Source of the DNA: Hemiscyllium ocellatum
Taxonomy: Eukaryota
Length of the DNA: 64,000 nt
NCBI RefSeq assembly: GCF_020745735.1
Contig: NC_083424.1
Location: 48,718,999-48,782,998, forward strand
Direction of reading: 5' to 3'
Below the pieces are notes generated by a model that searched no databases, was not told the DNA's origin, and saw only the letters and a list, made by a program, of their open reading frames with translations. Numbering within the stretch: position 1 is the stretch's first letter; the number at the start of each line of letters is the position of its first letter. This document shows positions 22,989 through 34,490 of the stretch, piece by piece. The position numbers were made by a program, and so were the translations under genes.

Positions 22989-24814
22989 ATACTTTGTTTT
23001 TGTCCCATTTCTGCATTATGTTTGATTCTCATGATCTTTGTCGCCTCTTTCTTCAAAACACTTTTTCCTCTTCTCCGAAGCTCCTTTCTTGACCTATCCT
23101 CCTCCCTCAGTTCTAATTGGCCACACTCAGATGACGAGAGCACTTCCGCCTTGAACAACTCGTTGATACTTCAGTATTTTCCCAGATAATTAGTAATCTA
23201 AAGCCCTTCTTTTTGCACCATTTATCCAGTCCACAGTAAATATATTTTGTCTTTATATTTATGCTCATATTACAGTCTGATACTCAGAGTTTGGGAATCC
23301 TGATGCTTGGGTGCCCAAACGTTTTTAACTATTTTACATAAGGCAAACGCTTTGCTTGCTAGGGGATTCTTATTGTTCTTAACCATCACATTGCTGTATT
23401 CTTCTGGGCAATTGGTTATCCTTTGGGATAATGGGTGTACTCTGGACTAAGAACAGCTTCTTCCCCGCTGTAATCAAACTTTTGAACTGACTTCTCAAAT
23501 ATTAAAGTTGATCTCTCGCTGCACCTTTTCTGTAACCGAAACACTGTATTCTGCATTCTGTTCTATTATCCAATGTACTTTTGTATGGCTTGATCTGCCT
23601 GTACAGCACGCAAATCAATACTTTTCACTGTATCTCAGCACATGTGATAATAAATCAAATCAATTTGCTTTTTCGTCTTTACCGGTATTTAGTGCTTAAA
23701 AAAAGGCTTGTGATTTCCAGTCGACTGCCCCGTCCAATGATCTGCCACGCCTTCCTGTCTTGCCACATCGCCACGTACTCCTGTAGTGCTGAATTCCTAA
23801 GAGTTGTTGTAGAAGACATCAACCTCCCCGATGTAACTTTCCGTGTTAATCACGTAAATACTAGGACCCCTGACTGTGATTAACAATGAACGAAGCCTAG
23901 AGTATATTTTTGGGTAGGTTCAGAGTACCTTGCCTTGGTGTTCAACACCAACGTCAATTTCATACCATGTTAGAGACTTGTCCTGAATTACTAGGGCAGA
24001 GCATTTCTGCCCTTAGGAAATTTAAACTTCAGCTGGATATACTTCGTCTGTTCGCATGTCCGAATTTCCTTTACTTCCCGAACAACTGCGGCGAACATTA
24101 TAATGATTTCTGGTTCTTGGACCTGGATTTCATGAAACCTTTTTTCAATTCGTCATATCAATTGCGCACAACCATGTCAGCGACCCCTGGTTTTTTTTGT
24201 TCTACCGTTCTCTCCCTACGACAGGTTGCAAAAAGAACCTGCCATATTTCAGTTCTGATGAAGGTCAATCAGCGTGAATGGTTTGCTCTGTTGAGCTTTT
24301 CCAGTATTTTCCGTTCTTACTTCAAAATCGCCACTTTTCCTTCCTGCAGCAGCCGATGATGCATCACTTGTGGACACCGTAGCACGTCATTTAGTGGTGG
24401 AGAACTTGCCTGGTCAAAGCTTGGACGATGCAGCAGCTCTGGTGATGTGCATGTATGTGTGTGAGGGGCCGAGGAGGGGGGAGCGCTCAGGATTTTATAT
24501 TGGTGAAGTGTGCTTTGAAAGGGTGGTTTTGAGAGCGAAGGGAGGATTACAAGGCTGGTGTGTTCAATTGTGTGAGCAAAGAATGTGGCACTTGCCCGGT
24601 GTGTGTTTGTGTGTGTGTGTTTGTGTGTGTTTCAGTGGGAGCAGATGGGCGTAGCGGGGAGAAGGGAAGGGGAAGGGATTTGTTCATATGTGCGGGATAT
24701 GTGCATGCTCGCGTTTGGCTATGTGTTGGAGACGCAGTCGTTCTGGTTGGCTTAGGGTGAGGTTGAGTGAAGTGAGTAGGTCTGTGATTAAATGTCCTAA
24801 TGTCCACATATCCT

Positions 24815-25353
24815 GAGCATCTCACATTCGGACACTACCCATCTCCCTTCCCCTACCGTACCAACCAACCCTTCCACCCCGTGGCTCAACACTTTAACTC
24901 TCCCTCCCACTCCACCGAGGACATGCAGGTCCTTGGACTCATCCATCGGCAGAACATAACAACACGATGGTTGGAGTAAGAGCGCCTCATCTTTCGCCTG
25001 GGAACCCTCCAACCACAAGGAATGACCTCAGATTTCTCCAGTTTCCTCATTTCCCCTACCCCCACCTTGTCTCAGTCGGTTCCCTCAACTCAGCACCGCC
25101 CTCCTAACCTGCAATCTTCTTCCTGACCTCTCCGCCCCCACCCCACTCCAGCCTATCACCCTTACCTTGACCTCCTTCCACCTATCACATCTCCATCGCC
25201 CCTCCCCCAAGTCCCTCCTCCCTACCTTTTATCTTAGCCTGCCTGGCACACTCTCCTCATTCCTGATGAAGGGCTCTGGCCCGAAACATCGAATTTCCTG
25301 TTCCTTGGATGCTGCCTGACCTGCTGTGCTTTAACCAGCAACACATTTTCAGC
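24815..25353 (+). mobile_element. Penelope-like element 3' fragment (GIY-YIG tail plus terminus)
   Basis: Translates HPVAQHFNSPSHSTEDMQVLGLIH..RLIFRLGTLQPQG; hammerhead at 25259-25294 and conserved terminus to 25353. Confidence 0.85.
25259..25294 (+). ncRNA. Hammerhead ribozyme motif, probably impaired
   Basis: ATTC-CTGATGA-A-GGGC-TCTG-GCCC-GAAAC-ATC-GAAT: stems I and II perfect, but ACGU is changed to ACAU, breaking the self-complementary helix III. Confidence 0.6.
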
Positions 25354-25549
25354 TGCCTCGATCCTACAACAGGGCGACTGAAAGTAATACTCAGCACTTG
25401 CTGCCCGGTTAAGAAATGCTTGTGGAGTTCACAATAATGTTTAAGTAGTGGAAGAGTGATCGTTATATGGAAATGTTTTCACTTTATATCCAACAAAAAA
25501 CGAACAGCAACATAGAATGGAGTGCAATCGTGTATTGTTGCTGGGAACA

Positions 25550-25990
25550 GAGGGTTTGAGATAAATAGAAAGGCTGGTTACGCCGGAGAACAGGAGGTTG
25601 AGATGTGACCTTATACGGGTTTATGAAAGAATGAGAGGTATAGGTAAAGTGAATGGCAGGTGCCTTTTACCTAAGGTAAGCGATTTCAAGCCTGGCGGTG
25701 GGTCTGGGCATATTTTAAGGCGAGAAGAAAAAGATTTTTTTTAAGAAACACAAGAGGCAACCTTTTTTACACAGGGACTGGTTCGTGTGTGGAATGAACT
25801 TCCAGAAGATTTGGTGTATGCAGATACAGTTATAATGTTTAAAAGACAATTCAGTGATTACAAAATATGTTTGGAGGGATATGGGCCAAACGGAGGCAGA
25901 TGAGCTTAGTTTAGTTGTAATTATGGTCAGCATCGACTGGTTTGACTGAAGGGACAGTTCCCATGCTGTATGACACCACGACTCTAATTG
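25550..25990 (+). mobile_element. Old CR1 3' fragment
   Basis: aggaggttgagatgtgaccttata..ttttacacagggactggttcgtgtgtggaatgaacttccaga..gggatatgggccaaa matches the CR1 3' ends elsewhere in the window. Confidence 0.65.
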
Positions 25991-26581
25991 CCCCAAATCA
26001 TGATCATTTACTTCAATACCTTTCTTTATTCTCAAAGTACTCGCTGACCCGCAGAGTTTGCGGTCTTTTTTGCAATGCACAAGTTGCTGCTCAATGTACA
26101 CCATCTCTCGGTCCCAGGTATGTAGAGACCGCGGTAATAGGAAATTCCAAGCTCTTCATAAGGTACACTGATTAATCTGCTGCATTGCAATCGATGTCAT
26201 TTACTCTCCATGAAATTCGCTCTCCTTTTAAACATGAAATTAAATACCTCTTGGAAAATTTAGTTTTCGGATCGTAATCGTCAAGAATTGTGGTATTTCC
26301 CGGGTTTGATTTCTGAACAAAATCTTTTGGGGCCATTAGTAGTGCATTGTAAGGAAATCGAAATCACGAAGGCGTGGATCAAGAGATATCCAACAGGATA
26401 CGGTCTGCTCGCCGCCAAAGATACACTGCAGCCTGAACTCGCTTCCGTTTGAACAGTGATTAATTCTATAAAGACTCATTAGGTCAAATTATAGAGGCTA
26501 TTTTGCAAGAATTTCAATTGATTGTCAATGTAACAGTTTGTTTAATTGCGTAATACCTATGTTAACTGGAAGCTAATAGAA

Positions 26582-26965
26582 GGGGTTCATGAGGCGCAGC
26601 GGTCGATTAGCGGCCTATCCCTAGACTGGGAGCCCTGGGTTCAAGCGCGGCCTTCTCCAGAGGTGTGTAATAATATTCTGAACAAGCTGATTAGAACAAT
26701 AGGTTAAAACGATAACGCAGGATTGTGCTTCTCCCCACCTTCTATCACTTTTAAAACTATGGTTTTTGCTTGTAAATATTCACTTGGCTCCACGAATGTT
26801 TGGCTGTGGTGGTGGTCAGTGAATTTTTTAAAAATGAAGCCGACCATGTTTGGAGTTACTGTGGCACAGCGATAGTGTCCCAATCTTGAATTAGGCGACC
26901 TGGGCTCGAGTCCTACCTGCTCCAGAGGTATGGAAAAGTATGTCTCAACAGCTGATTTGAATATA
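26582..26965 (+). mobile_element. Two short tRNA-derived SINE copies (26582-26700, 26852-26965)
   Basis: A-box-like GGCGCAGCGG / TGGCACAGCG and B-box-like GGTTCAAGC / GGCTCGAGTC, each followed by ctccagaggt..ctgaacaagctgatt. Confidence 0.55.
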
Positions 26966-27142
26966 TCTGTAGACCCAGCCCAGTCAATGTCTTCAAATAA
27001 CGTGGAAACTAATACAAACTCTGTCAGCACTACTTCAGCAAGTCCTGAGTTAGTCCAACATTAAAAATACCCGAAATTCACTTTTGCAAACGTCTGTGGA
27101 GCCAATTCCAAGAATCGAGTTACCAGCCGCGAGGTAATACAT

Positions 27143-27150
27143 ATTTGCAT
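27143..27150 (+). promoter_or_regulatory. Octamer of the IgL pseudogene promoter
   Basis: ATTTGCAT about 130 bp upstream of the decayed leader. Confidence 0.7.
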
Positions 27151-27280
27151 AACTAGTAGGTGGGGCTTAACACCCTGCCATGTAGATGCTCTTAAAGTGA
27201 GGTTTGGGTGGTGCCGTATCATTAAGTTCGAGTGAGTGGGGAAAAGTTTCATTCTAACTTTGATTTTTAAAATGTACAAA

Positions 27281-27837
27281 AAGAGCGGGTGACTCCGTAT
27301 TCTCGCTGCCCTGGTACTTGGTTTGCAATGTCAGTACGACACTATCAATCATTTACTTTTAATTCTTTGTATTACCGCTCTTTGCATGAGTCTGATGAGT
27401 TGCAATAATTGATATGGTTGAACCTGAATTACAGTCATTCCTTATGATTTAGAAGAAGGTCGTTTAACATTAACGTTTTATTTCGCCAGATACTGAGGCC
27501 TGGACCAGTGCTGGCTCAGTCAGGGTCCGTTTCAATCTCACTGGGGAAAATGATCACAACCATCTGTACCATGTCCGGAGGCAGCATGGGCGGCTATAGT
27601 GGGAGCTGGTAATAGCTGAAACCCGATAGTGCCCCGGTTTTTGTTTGGAACGACTATGATTCCAGCAGAGGACCGGGGATTCCTGGTCGATTCAACGCGT
27701 CCAGAGGCACGTCGAAGAACGTTACGCATCAATTTCCAATGTGCAGACCGAGGATGTCACTGATTATTATTGCGGTGTCTGGCATTCCACCTGTGGTGAA
27801 TTCACTTTCGGGAAAGGAACTAAACTGAGTGTGGGCA
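27281..27837 (+). pseudogene. IGL: Germline-joined IgL lambda L-VJ pseudogene
   Basis: The 49-nt leader remnant 27281-27329 aligns to 747-795 but has ATG>AAG, TGG>TGA and donor GTCAGT. The VJ exon 27490-27837 has W-Y-W changed to TGG TAA TAG (27607-27615) and frameshifts near the exon start and in FR3; it ends EDVTDYYC-GVWHSTCGEFT-FGKGTKLSVG with GTAAGT donor at 27838. Confidence 0.93.
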
Positions 27838-29290
27838 GTAAGTACAATCTTCACTGTTTAAATCTGAGATTCTTGAATTTCGAGTTCAGAAGATTTGAGT
27901 GCATTCGTTTGCAAACAGAAAATTTGCTTTAGAATTTCCATTGATCATTCCTTCATTAGCTTTTGCTATTAAGGTGAAAATGCGTTTCTATTTTGTTAGC
28001 TAAATGTCCAGAAACTGTCCAACTAAAATAGTAATATTAGTGATATCAATGTAAATCCCTCTGAACAATTATTTTCGGTGGAGGCCGTGTGTAATTCACT
28101 TACTTCCTAGTTATTTACAGTTCGTTGCTGTTTAAAACTTATTTCTAATGCATGCCAATCTGCATGAGATCCTACTGAACATCATGTAGATATTTATGCT
28201 TGACATCTATGTACTGCTGCTGTAATTATTGTCGCCTGTAAGATATTATTTCACCAAAACTTTACGCTGACATGATAGCACTAATATTCCGAATCAGAAA
28301 GTTGGGCGGTGAGTACTCAAGGCAAATTGATTGATACTCAGACTCGGTGGATATGGATTGGTTAGTGCGCCATTGTCAATGTTGTGATTCACTTCAGACA
28401 TAAATTCATAATTTCACCACAAACTTATGAACATCGATGATTAATGGTGATTCGCCTTAAACAGATATAAACTACATATATGAATTTAAAGTATTTTTTT
28501 ATCAAAGATAAAATGAGTGACGTGGTTTGTTGTGGAAACAGAACATATGAGAGGCATTCGACCCCTCGAGCCTACTCTACTATTCATTATAATTACGTCT
28601 AATCATCAATACCCAAATCCTGCTCTCTCCCATGCCCTTTGATCCCCTTCGTCACAATAGCTGTATCTCGCTCTTCGAATTTCACAGGCTCGCCACTCTC
28701 TGCGTGAAGATATTTCTATTCATTTTAGTGCTAAAACGTTTAAATTATAAACCATAGTTATGGATTCCCCACCACTGGGAACATCCCTCCTACAACTAAC
28801 CTGCCTAGTTCTCATAGAATGTTGGTAGGTTTCCATGTGAAATTACAACAATATGCAGCCAATTTGTTAGTTCGATTCCATAGGGCATGACTCTGCAGTC
28901 GACTCGCCTTCTCTGTATTATGCAGTGTAATAAAATCATTCTCCCACTGTCTCAGTTGATGCTCTCGTTTTCTTGCTTTAATTATCTTAGCATTTATGAC
29001 TGTTTTAAATGTCAAAATTGCTAAGTTCCATGTTAATCATCTTTTGCAAATTTACGTAAAGCTTTGGATGAAAATGATTTTGCTTGAGAGATCATTTGGC
29101 AAAATTAATTTGGCTAAATTTCCCTTATATGTTGATTGAATTACAATCAAGTGTAAGGTGTATACGTATTAACTGCAGGACACAGATCAATTGGCACGAA
29201 CACATTTCATTTTGAGTGCATGCTTCGAGAATTACTGCTACAAAGGGAATATCTAGGGATGATGTTTAGAACACAATCTAATTGAAAAAA

Positions 29291-29291
<1 letters not shown>

Positions 29292-29341
<50 letters not shown>
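29292..29341. repeat. (CA)25 microsatellite
   Basis: Perfect dinucleotide run. Confidence 0.97.
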
Positions 29342-29344
<3 letters not shown>

Positions 29345-29345
<1 letters not shown>

Positions 29346-30040
29346 ACTTACCAGATCTTGAGACCATCTACCAACATGTGCAAAATCTGGCACTCAAAAC
29401 TCTTAACGTCCGGCATTGGAATTCACATACCATTCAATTGTGTGATTCGTAGAAAACCTTTTTTGGCAGTATGATACCAGGTAGCTCTTTAAAATTCTGT
29501 AAATCCACTAGCAGGATAGGTGTACCATTGTGAGTCTCCTTTCTTAAGCCAATATCTCCAATACTGAGTCAGCTGCAGTGGGCAGGCTGCTTTGTCTTCA
29601 TCTAGGGCATAAGACTCTCTAAACAGATGCACTACCCGAGCGCCATAATAAGAAGCAATTACTAGAAGAGCACGGATGTGCTACAAAGAAAGCCTCCCTA
29701 AACAAATGTAACATCCCCACTGACACATGAGAATTGCTTGCCCGAGAACACTCAACTGGAGAAGAAGCATTTGCTCAGGTGTCAACTACTTTGAGTGTCA
29801 CCGAGCATGTGCAGATCAAACATAATTAGCAGCAAGAGCGCGCAGAATCCAAAATGTCCTATCCACCAGCCTCAAACAACACCTGCCTTAAACATTACTT
29901 GCCCCACCCATGCCAGAGCCTGTGGCTCCAGAATTGTACTGTTCAGCCATTGTGGAACCCACTACCCCCTACCTCCACCCAACTCCGCAAATGCAAGCAG
30001 GACATCTTCGAAATTGAGGGATTTACAAAGATGAAGATAT
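29345..30040 (+). mobile_element. RTE-clade LINE 3' fragment
   Basis: cagctgcagtgggcagg (QLQWAG) and terminal zinc-finger-like CPTHARACGSRIVLFSH (ORF 29795-30034). Confidence 0.7.
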
Positions 30041-30280
30041 AGGATATAGAATATAATCCCTACAGTGTGGAAACAGACCCTTTGTCCCAACAAGTCCACA
30101 CAGACCTTCCAAAAAGTAACCCTCCCAGACCCATTCCCCTACTCTATTACCCTATATTTACCCCTGACTAAACACTTAACCTACATATCCCTGACCACTA
30201 TGGGAAACTTAGCATTGCCAATTCACCTAACATGCACATCTTTGGGTTGTGGGAGGAAACTCATGTAGACACGGGAGACT
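30040..30280 (-). mobile_element. Truncated HE1-type SINE
   Basis: Collinear with 53580-53770 (acagtgtggaaacag..cacatctttgg..tgtgggaggaaac). Confidence 0.8.
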
Positions 30281-31554
30281 CTAGATTACTAGTTCTAGTG
30301 ACGTTGCCAGACCTTTTGTTAAAACGAAAAGGATGAATGTGTGTACATTGTCTTGTAGTCTGCGAAGGTAAAGGTTCTGCATATTATTAGACTAGCTTTC
30401 AGTACGCTATTTTTCCAATGATAATCAAATTCAGGACCACCAAATGCCTATCTGTATCCATTTTCTTTTATTCATTCAAGGGACATTTGCTGGGCCCAAA
30501 TATTTTGTCCATCCTTATTTGCTGAGGAGAGGGTAGTGAACAGCTGGCATTTTGATCATCACAGTCCATGTGTTGGAGGGAGACCCACAATGCTGTTAGA
30601 GATGCAGTTCCAGGATTTTAATCTAGCAACACTGCAGGGACATAGAATCAAGCAATCATAAAGTAGAGGAGAGGCCCTTCAGCCAACTGAGTCTGTACCA
30701 TCAAAAGTGTGGTACTCAGTCCACTTTCGCGCAATAGACTCACAGTCTCACAATAACAGTGATATATTTCCAAAACAGGATGATGAATGACTTGCAGAGG
30801 TATTTATGGATGGTAGTGTTCCCTTATCCTGTTCCCCTTTTGTTTTTAGATGTTAGTTGTCATGGGCTTTAGAAGGTTCTGTCTGTAGAGCCTTGGTGAT
30901 TTTCTACAGTACATTTTGTTGGTAATGCACATTGCTGCTACTGAGCATTACTGGGGGCGGGTTTTGAATCTGTGGATGTTATACACATTAAGCAGGCTCC
31001 TTTAGGGAGTCAGGTGGTAAGTTGCACCTGCAGGATTCCTAACTCTGACTTTGTCTTGTGATGTCATGTCACACTGGAGTAGTTCATTGGAAATCAAATC
31101 CCATTCTTCCTGGAGTCATCATAAATGTGAAAAGTCTGCACCACTAAATTGCTCAGTTCCAACTAACAGCCTAGCTCAAGTCAAAAGAATGTGGATACTA
31201 ATTTTTCCATTAACAAGCAAGTCACTGTTAATTGCAAATAAATTGTTTCCAAGCAATGACAAAAAGAAACATGATTTGCTAGCATATAATATGTTAACTT
31301 AAACTCTAACCTTTTCAAACTTTCCCATATACATACAAATAGACATGCAAGGGACAAGACAAATTTGAGAGAGAAAGAAAAAAGTCACAGAAGCACAGTT
31401 CTGGCACTAGCACAGACTGCAGGTGTTGACGAGTTGTTTTCTTTTGGATCCTATTGAACAGGCTGGTTGAGGAAGCGGTGGGGGTGGGGAGTGCTGCAGA
31501 AGATGTTGAACTGGCTAGAACAGTGAGGCAAAGAAGTAGCAGATGGTGCAATAT

Positions 31555-32260
31555 GGGAAATCATGAAGTTATACACTTTGTGGGAGGAATACAGACAGAG
31601 AAGAAATCTAAAGCGCAAAAGGAACTTAGGAATCCTAGTTCAGGATTTCTTTAAGGTTAACATGCAGGCTCTGTTGCCAATTAGGAAGGCAAATGTAATG
31701 TTCACAACCATTTCAAGAGAGCTAGAATGCCAGAGCAAAAGAGGTACTGCTGTGATCATATAAAGCTCTGGTCAAACCACATTGGGAGCTGTTTTGGGCT
31801 GGTATCTAAGGAAGGATGTGTTAGCATTACAGACAGTCCAGAGGAAGTTTGCAAGAATGATCCTAGGGATGAAGGGTGTGCCAATAGAAGAAGGGGTGAG
31901 TACAGACCCCAAAATGTGCTTGGTAAAGTTTTGAAGGATGGGGTGGGGGGGAGGGGTCGTGGGAACATCTCATTGAAGCATACAGAATACTGAAAGGCCT
32001 GGATAGAGTGGACATAGAGATGTTTCTACTAGTTTCTAACACCCTCAGTGAAGGGCTGACACCTTACAACTGGGATGGTGGTAAATCTATGGAATTCATT
32101 GCCACAGAGGGCTTAGGAGGTTAACTCATTGAGTGTATTTAAAATAGAGACAGATAAGTTATTTTTCAGTAAGGAAATCAAAGATTATGATAACAATGCA
32201 GAAAATAGTATTGAGAAACATATCAGCCTTGATTGAATGTAGAGCAGACTTGATGATGGC
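31555..32260 (+). mobile_element. Old CR1 RT-C/3' fragment
   Basis: aaagctctggtcaaaccacattggga..gtccagaggaagtttgcaagaatgatcctagggatg..gtggtaaatctatggaattc. Confidence 0.6.
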
Positions 32261-34269
32261 AGAGTAGCAACTCAGCACAAGGGCTCCTGCTCAGAACTCA
32301 TCTGCTCCAATTGCTTTTACCTTTTTTTCTTAACTTTTTTTTACATTAACCTATTTATCTTCTGTGTAGAGCAAGTTTGTGCAGTGTGGAGGAGATCAGC
32401 ATGCGGGAAATCAAACATCACAGGGAAGTGAGCACATAGATACAACTAGACCTGCTGTGTCTGTCCGTTACTTGCAGGTTTTAGTTCAGATTTTCACATT
32501 TTTTTATTCCATTTGCTTTATTTGCAGATTCCTTGCTATGTTTGGTGAGAAAACCAAAGTTTTCTACATCAGAACTAAATAGGGCTGGAAAATAAGAGGA
32601 TTGAGTGGAACAGTTGGTGCGGGTGCCCAGAGTAAAAACTAACAAGAATGCAAATGGTAATAAAGGAGTGATCTACATGCAGAATAGGTGTTACTGAAAA
32701 GCTTTGGACAGTTCAATGTATGTTGGCTTTGCTGAAAGCACACAACAAGATACTGGGGATGGCGGTATATTTAAAATGGAGGATAGTAATCATATTGTAA
32801 ACTTGTTGCATTCAATATTGGGTGGTAAGCCGTGTAGGCAGGAAGTGAGGTGCTGCTCTTTTGGCTTGTGCTGACCTTCCCCGGAGCACTGCGACAAGCC
32901 TAGGCTGGAAATATTATTATGACAGCAAGAGATTATGTCAAAGTGTTTTGTTGTTTATGTTGCTTGACATTTCAATGCATTCTCTTGCTGCCATGTCATA
33001 ACTCACATTCTTCTTGACTCTAATGAATAATGGTTTCACCTGTTTGACTGTTTTCGATTGTCAACTACTTCATCCCATGAATCAGACTAGTAAATCTCTT
33101 TTGAATTCTGTCTGACAGCAATATACCTTTTATTAAATACTGGTGACCAAAACTATACACAGTGCTCTGGTTTCTACCTCACAAACACTCTGTACAATGG
33201 TTTGATTCTTGCTTATTTCACCATGTCTGCTATGGATTTATTCATTATTTTGTGTTGGCTTCCTACCTTTCATTAACTGGATATTGTTATCATTGTTACC
33301 ACTATTGATAATCTGTGTCTCACTCTCCTTTTTTGCTAACATTCAGATCATTTTTAGTTTTACATTTGTATCAGCAGTCCCTTTCCAGCTTCAATATTTG
33401 TTTAAATTATTGTCTACTGCCCTGTAGTGTGATCAGTTGTTATCAGTGTTCCCTAAATTAAATTTTTTAAAAGCCAAATTCTTAAGACGTTGATAATACT
33501 TCTTGATGTTGCTGTGATTTCTTGACCCTTTAACTTAAATGCATTCCAAATGGGCAGGTTCATCAACCCAGTGTGTTTCAGGAGCAACCTTCTGTTCATG
33601 TACAGCAGTGACTTTATTACAATTTGCACTTATTCACTGTAATTCATGTAGCCACTATATTTTTTATTCTTCCATCGCCTATGAGTTTCACCGTAAGCGT
33701 CAACATGTCTGTCATCCTCCACTAATAAGCTATTATCAAGCGATAATGTTTGATCATCTTGAACTGTTGTGGTTTACAGTGGAATTAAAGAGGGGTTTCC
33801 TGGGTTTTCATCTAATGACATTGAATTAACAGCAATATGCATGCCTTGGAAAGGAATTTGAAGATCACATTGCTCTTAAATGTCTGCTGTCCTTGTCTTT
33901 CCAGGAGATCTAGCTTATGGGCTCAGAAAGGGATGTCAGAGGAGCCTTAATGAGTTGCTGCATTGCATTTTGTGGACGGTAAACACAAATATCACTGTAC
34001 GTGGATGATGGAGATTAGGGGCTGCAGGAATCAATCTTAAAGGTGGCAAATAGGTTGTTGGTGTCCAGCTTCCTGAGTGTTGCTGGATTTGCACTCATCT
34101 TCCACGAAAGTGCCAAATACAACTCTAACAGCACTCCAACAGTGTATTACTTCTGACATGTATTTGTGAATGTTTAGCAGGCTTTTGGGCAGTCAAAAGG
34201 TTGGATATTGACCCCAGAACTCTCAACATTTGTCCTGTACTTGTAGCCACAGTATTTATATGGCTGGCA

Positions 34270-34490
34270 AAAATAGAAATTGCTGGAAAAGCTCAGCAGA
34301 TCTGGCAGCATCTGTGGACACAAATCAGAGTTAACTTTTTGGGTTGAGTGACACTTAATCAGAACCGTTCCTCACTTGACCCAAAACATTAACTCTGATT
34401 TCTCTCCACAAATGCTGCCAGACCTGCTGAGCTTTTCCAGCAAATTCTATTTTTATCTCTGATTTACAGCATCTGCAGTTCTTTTGATTT
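34270..34490. mobile_element. Inverted pair of Penelope-like termini
   Basis: aaatagaaattgctggaaaagctcagcagatctggcagcat..cagagttaa is inverted relative to ttaactctg..atgctgccagacctgctgagcttttccagcaaattctatttt. Confidence 0.7.

Noticed and set aside
23910-24359. 149-aa ORF as a host gene
   Set aside because: No recognisable domain or exon structure, and its 3' part runs into a decayed PLE terminus (about 24260-24310).
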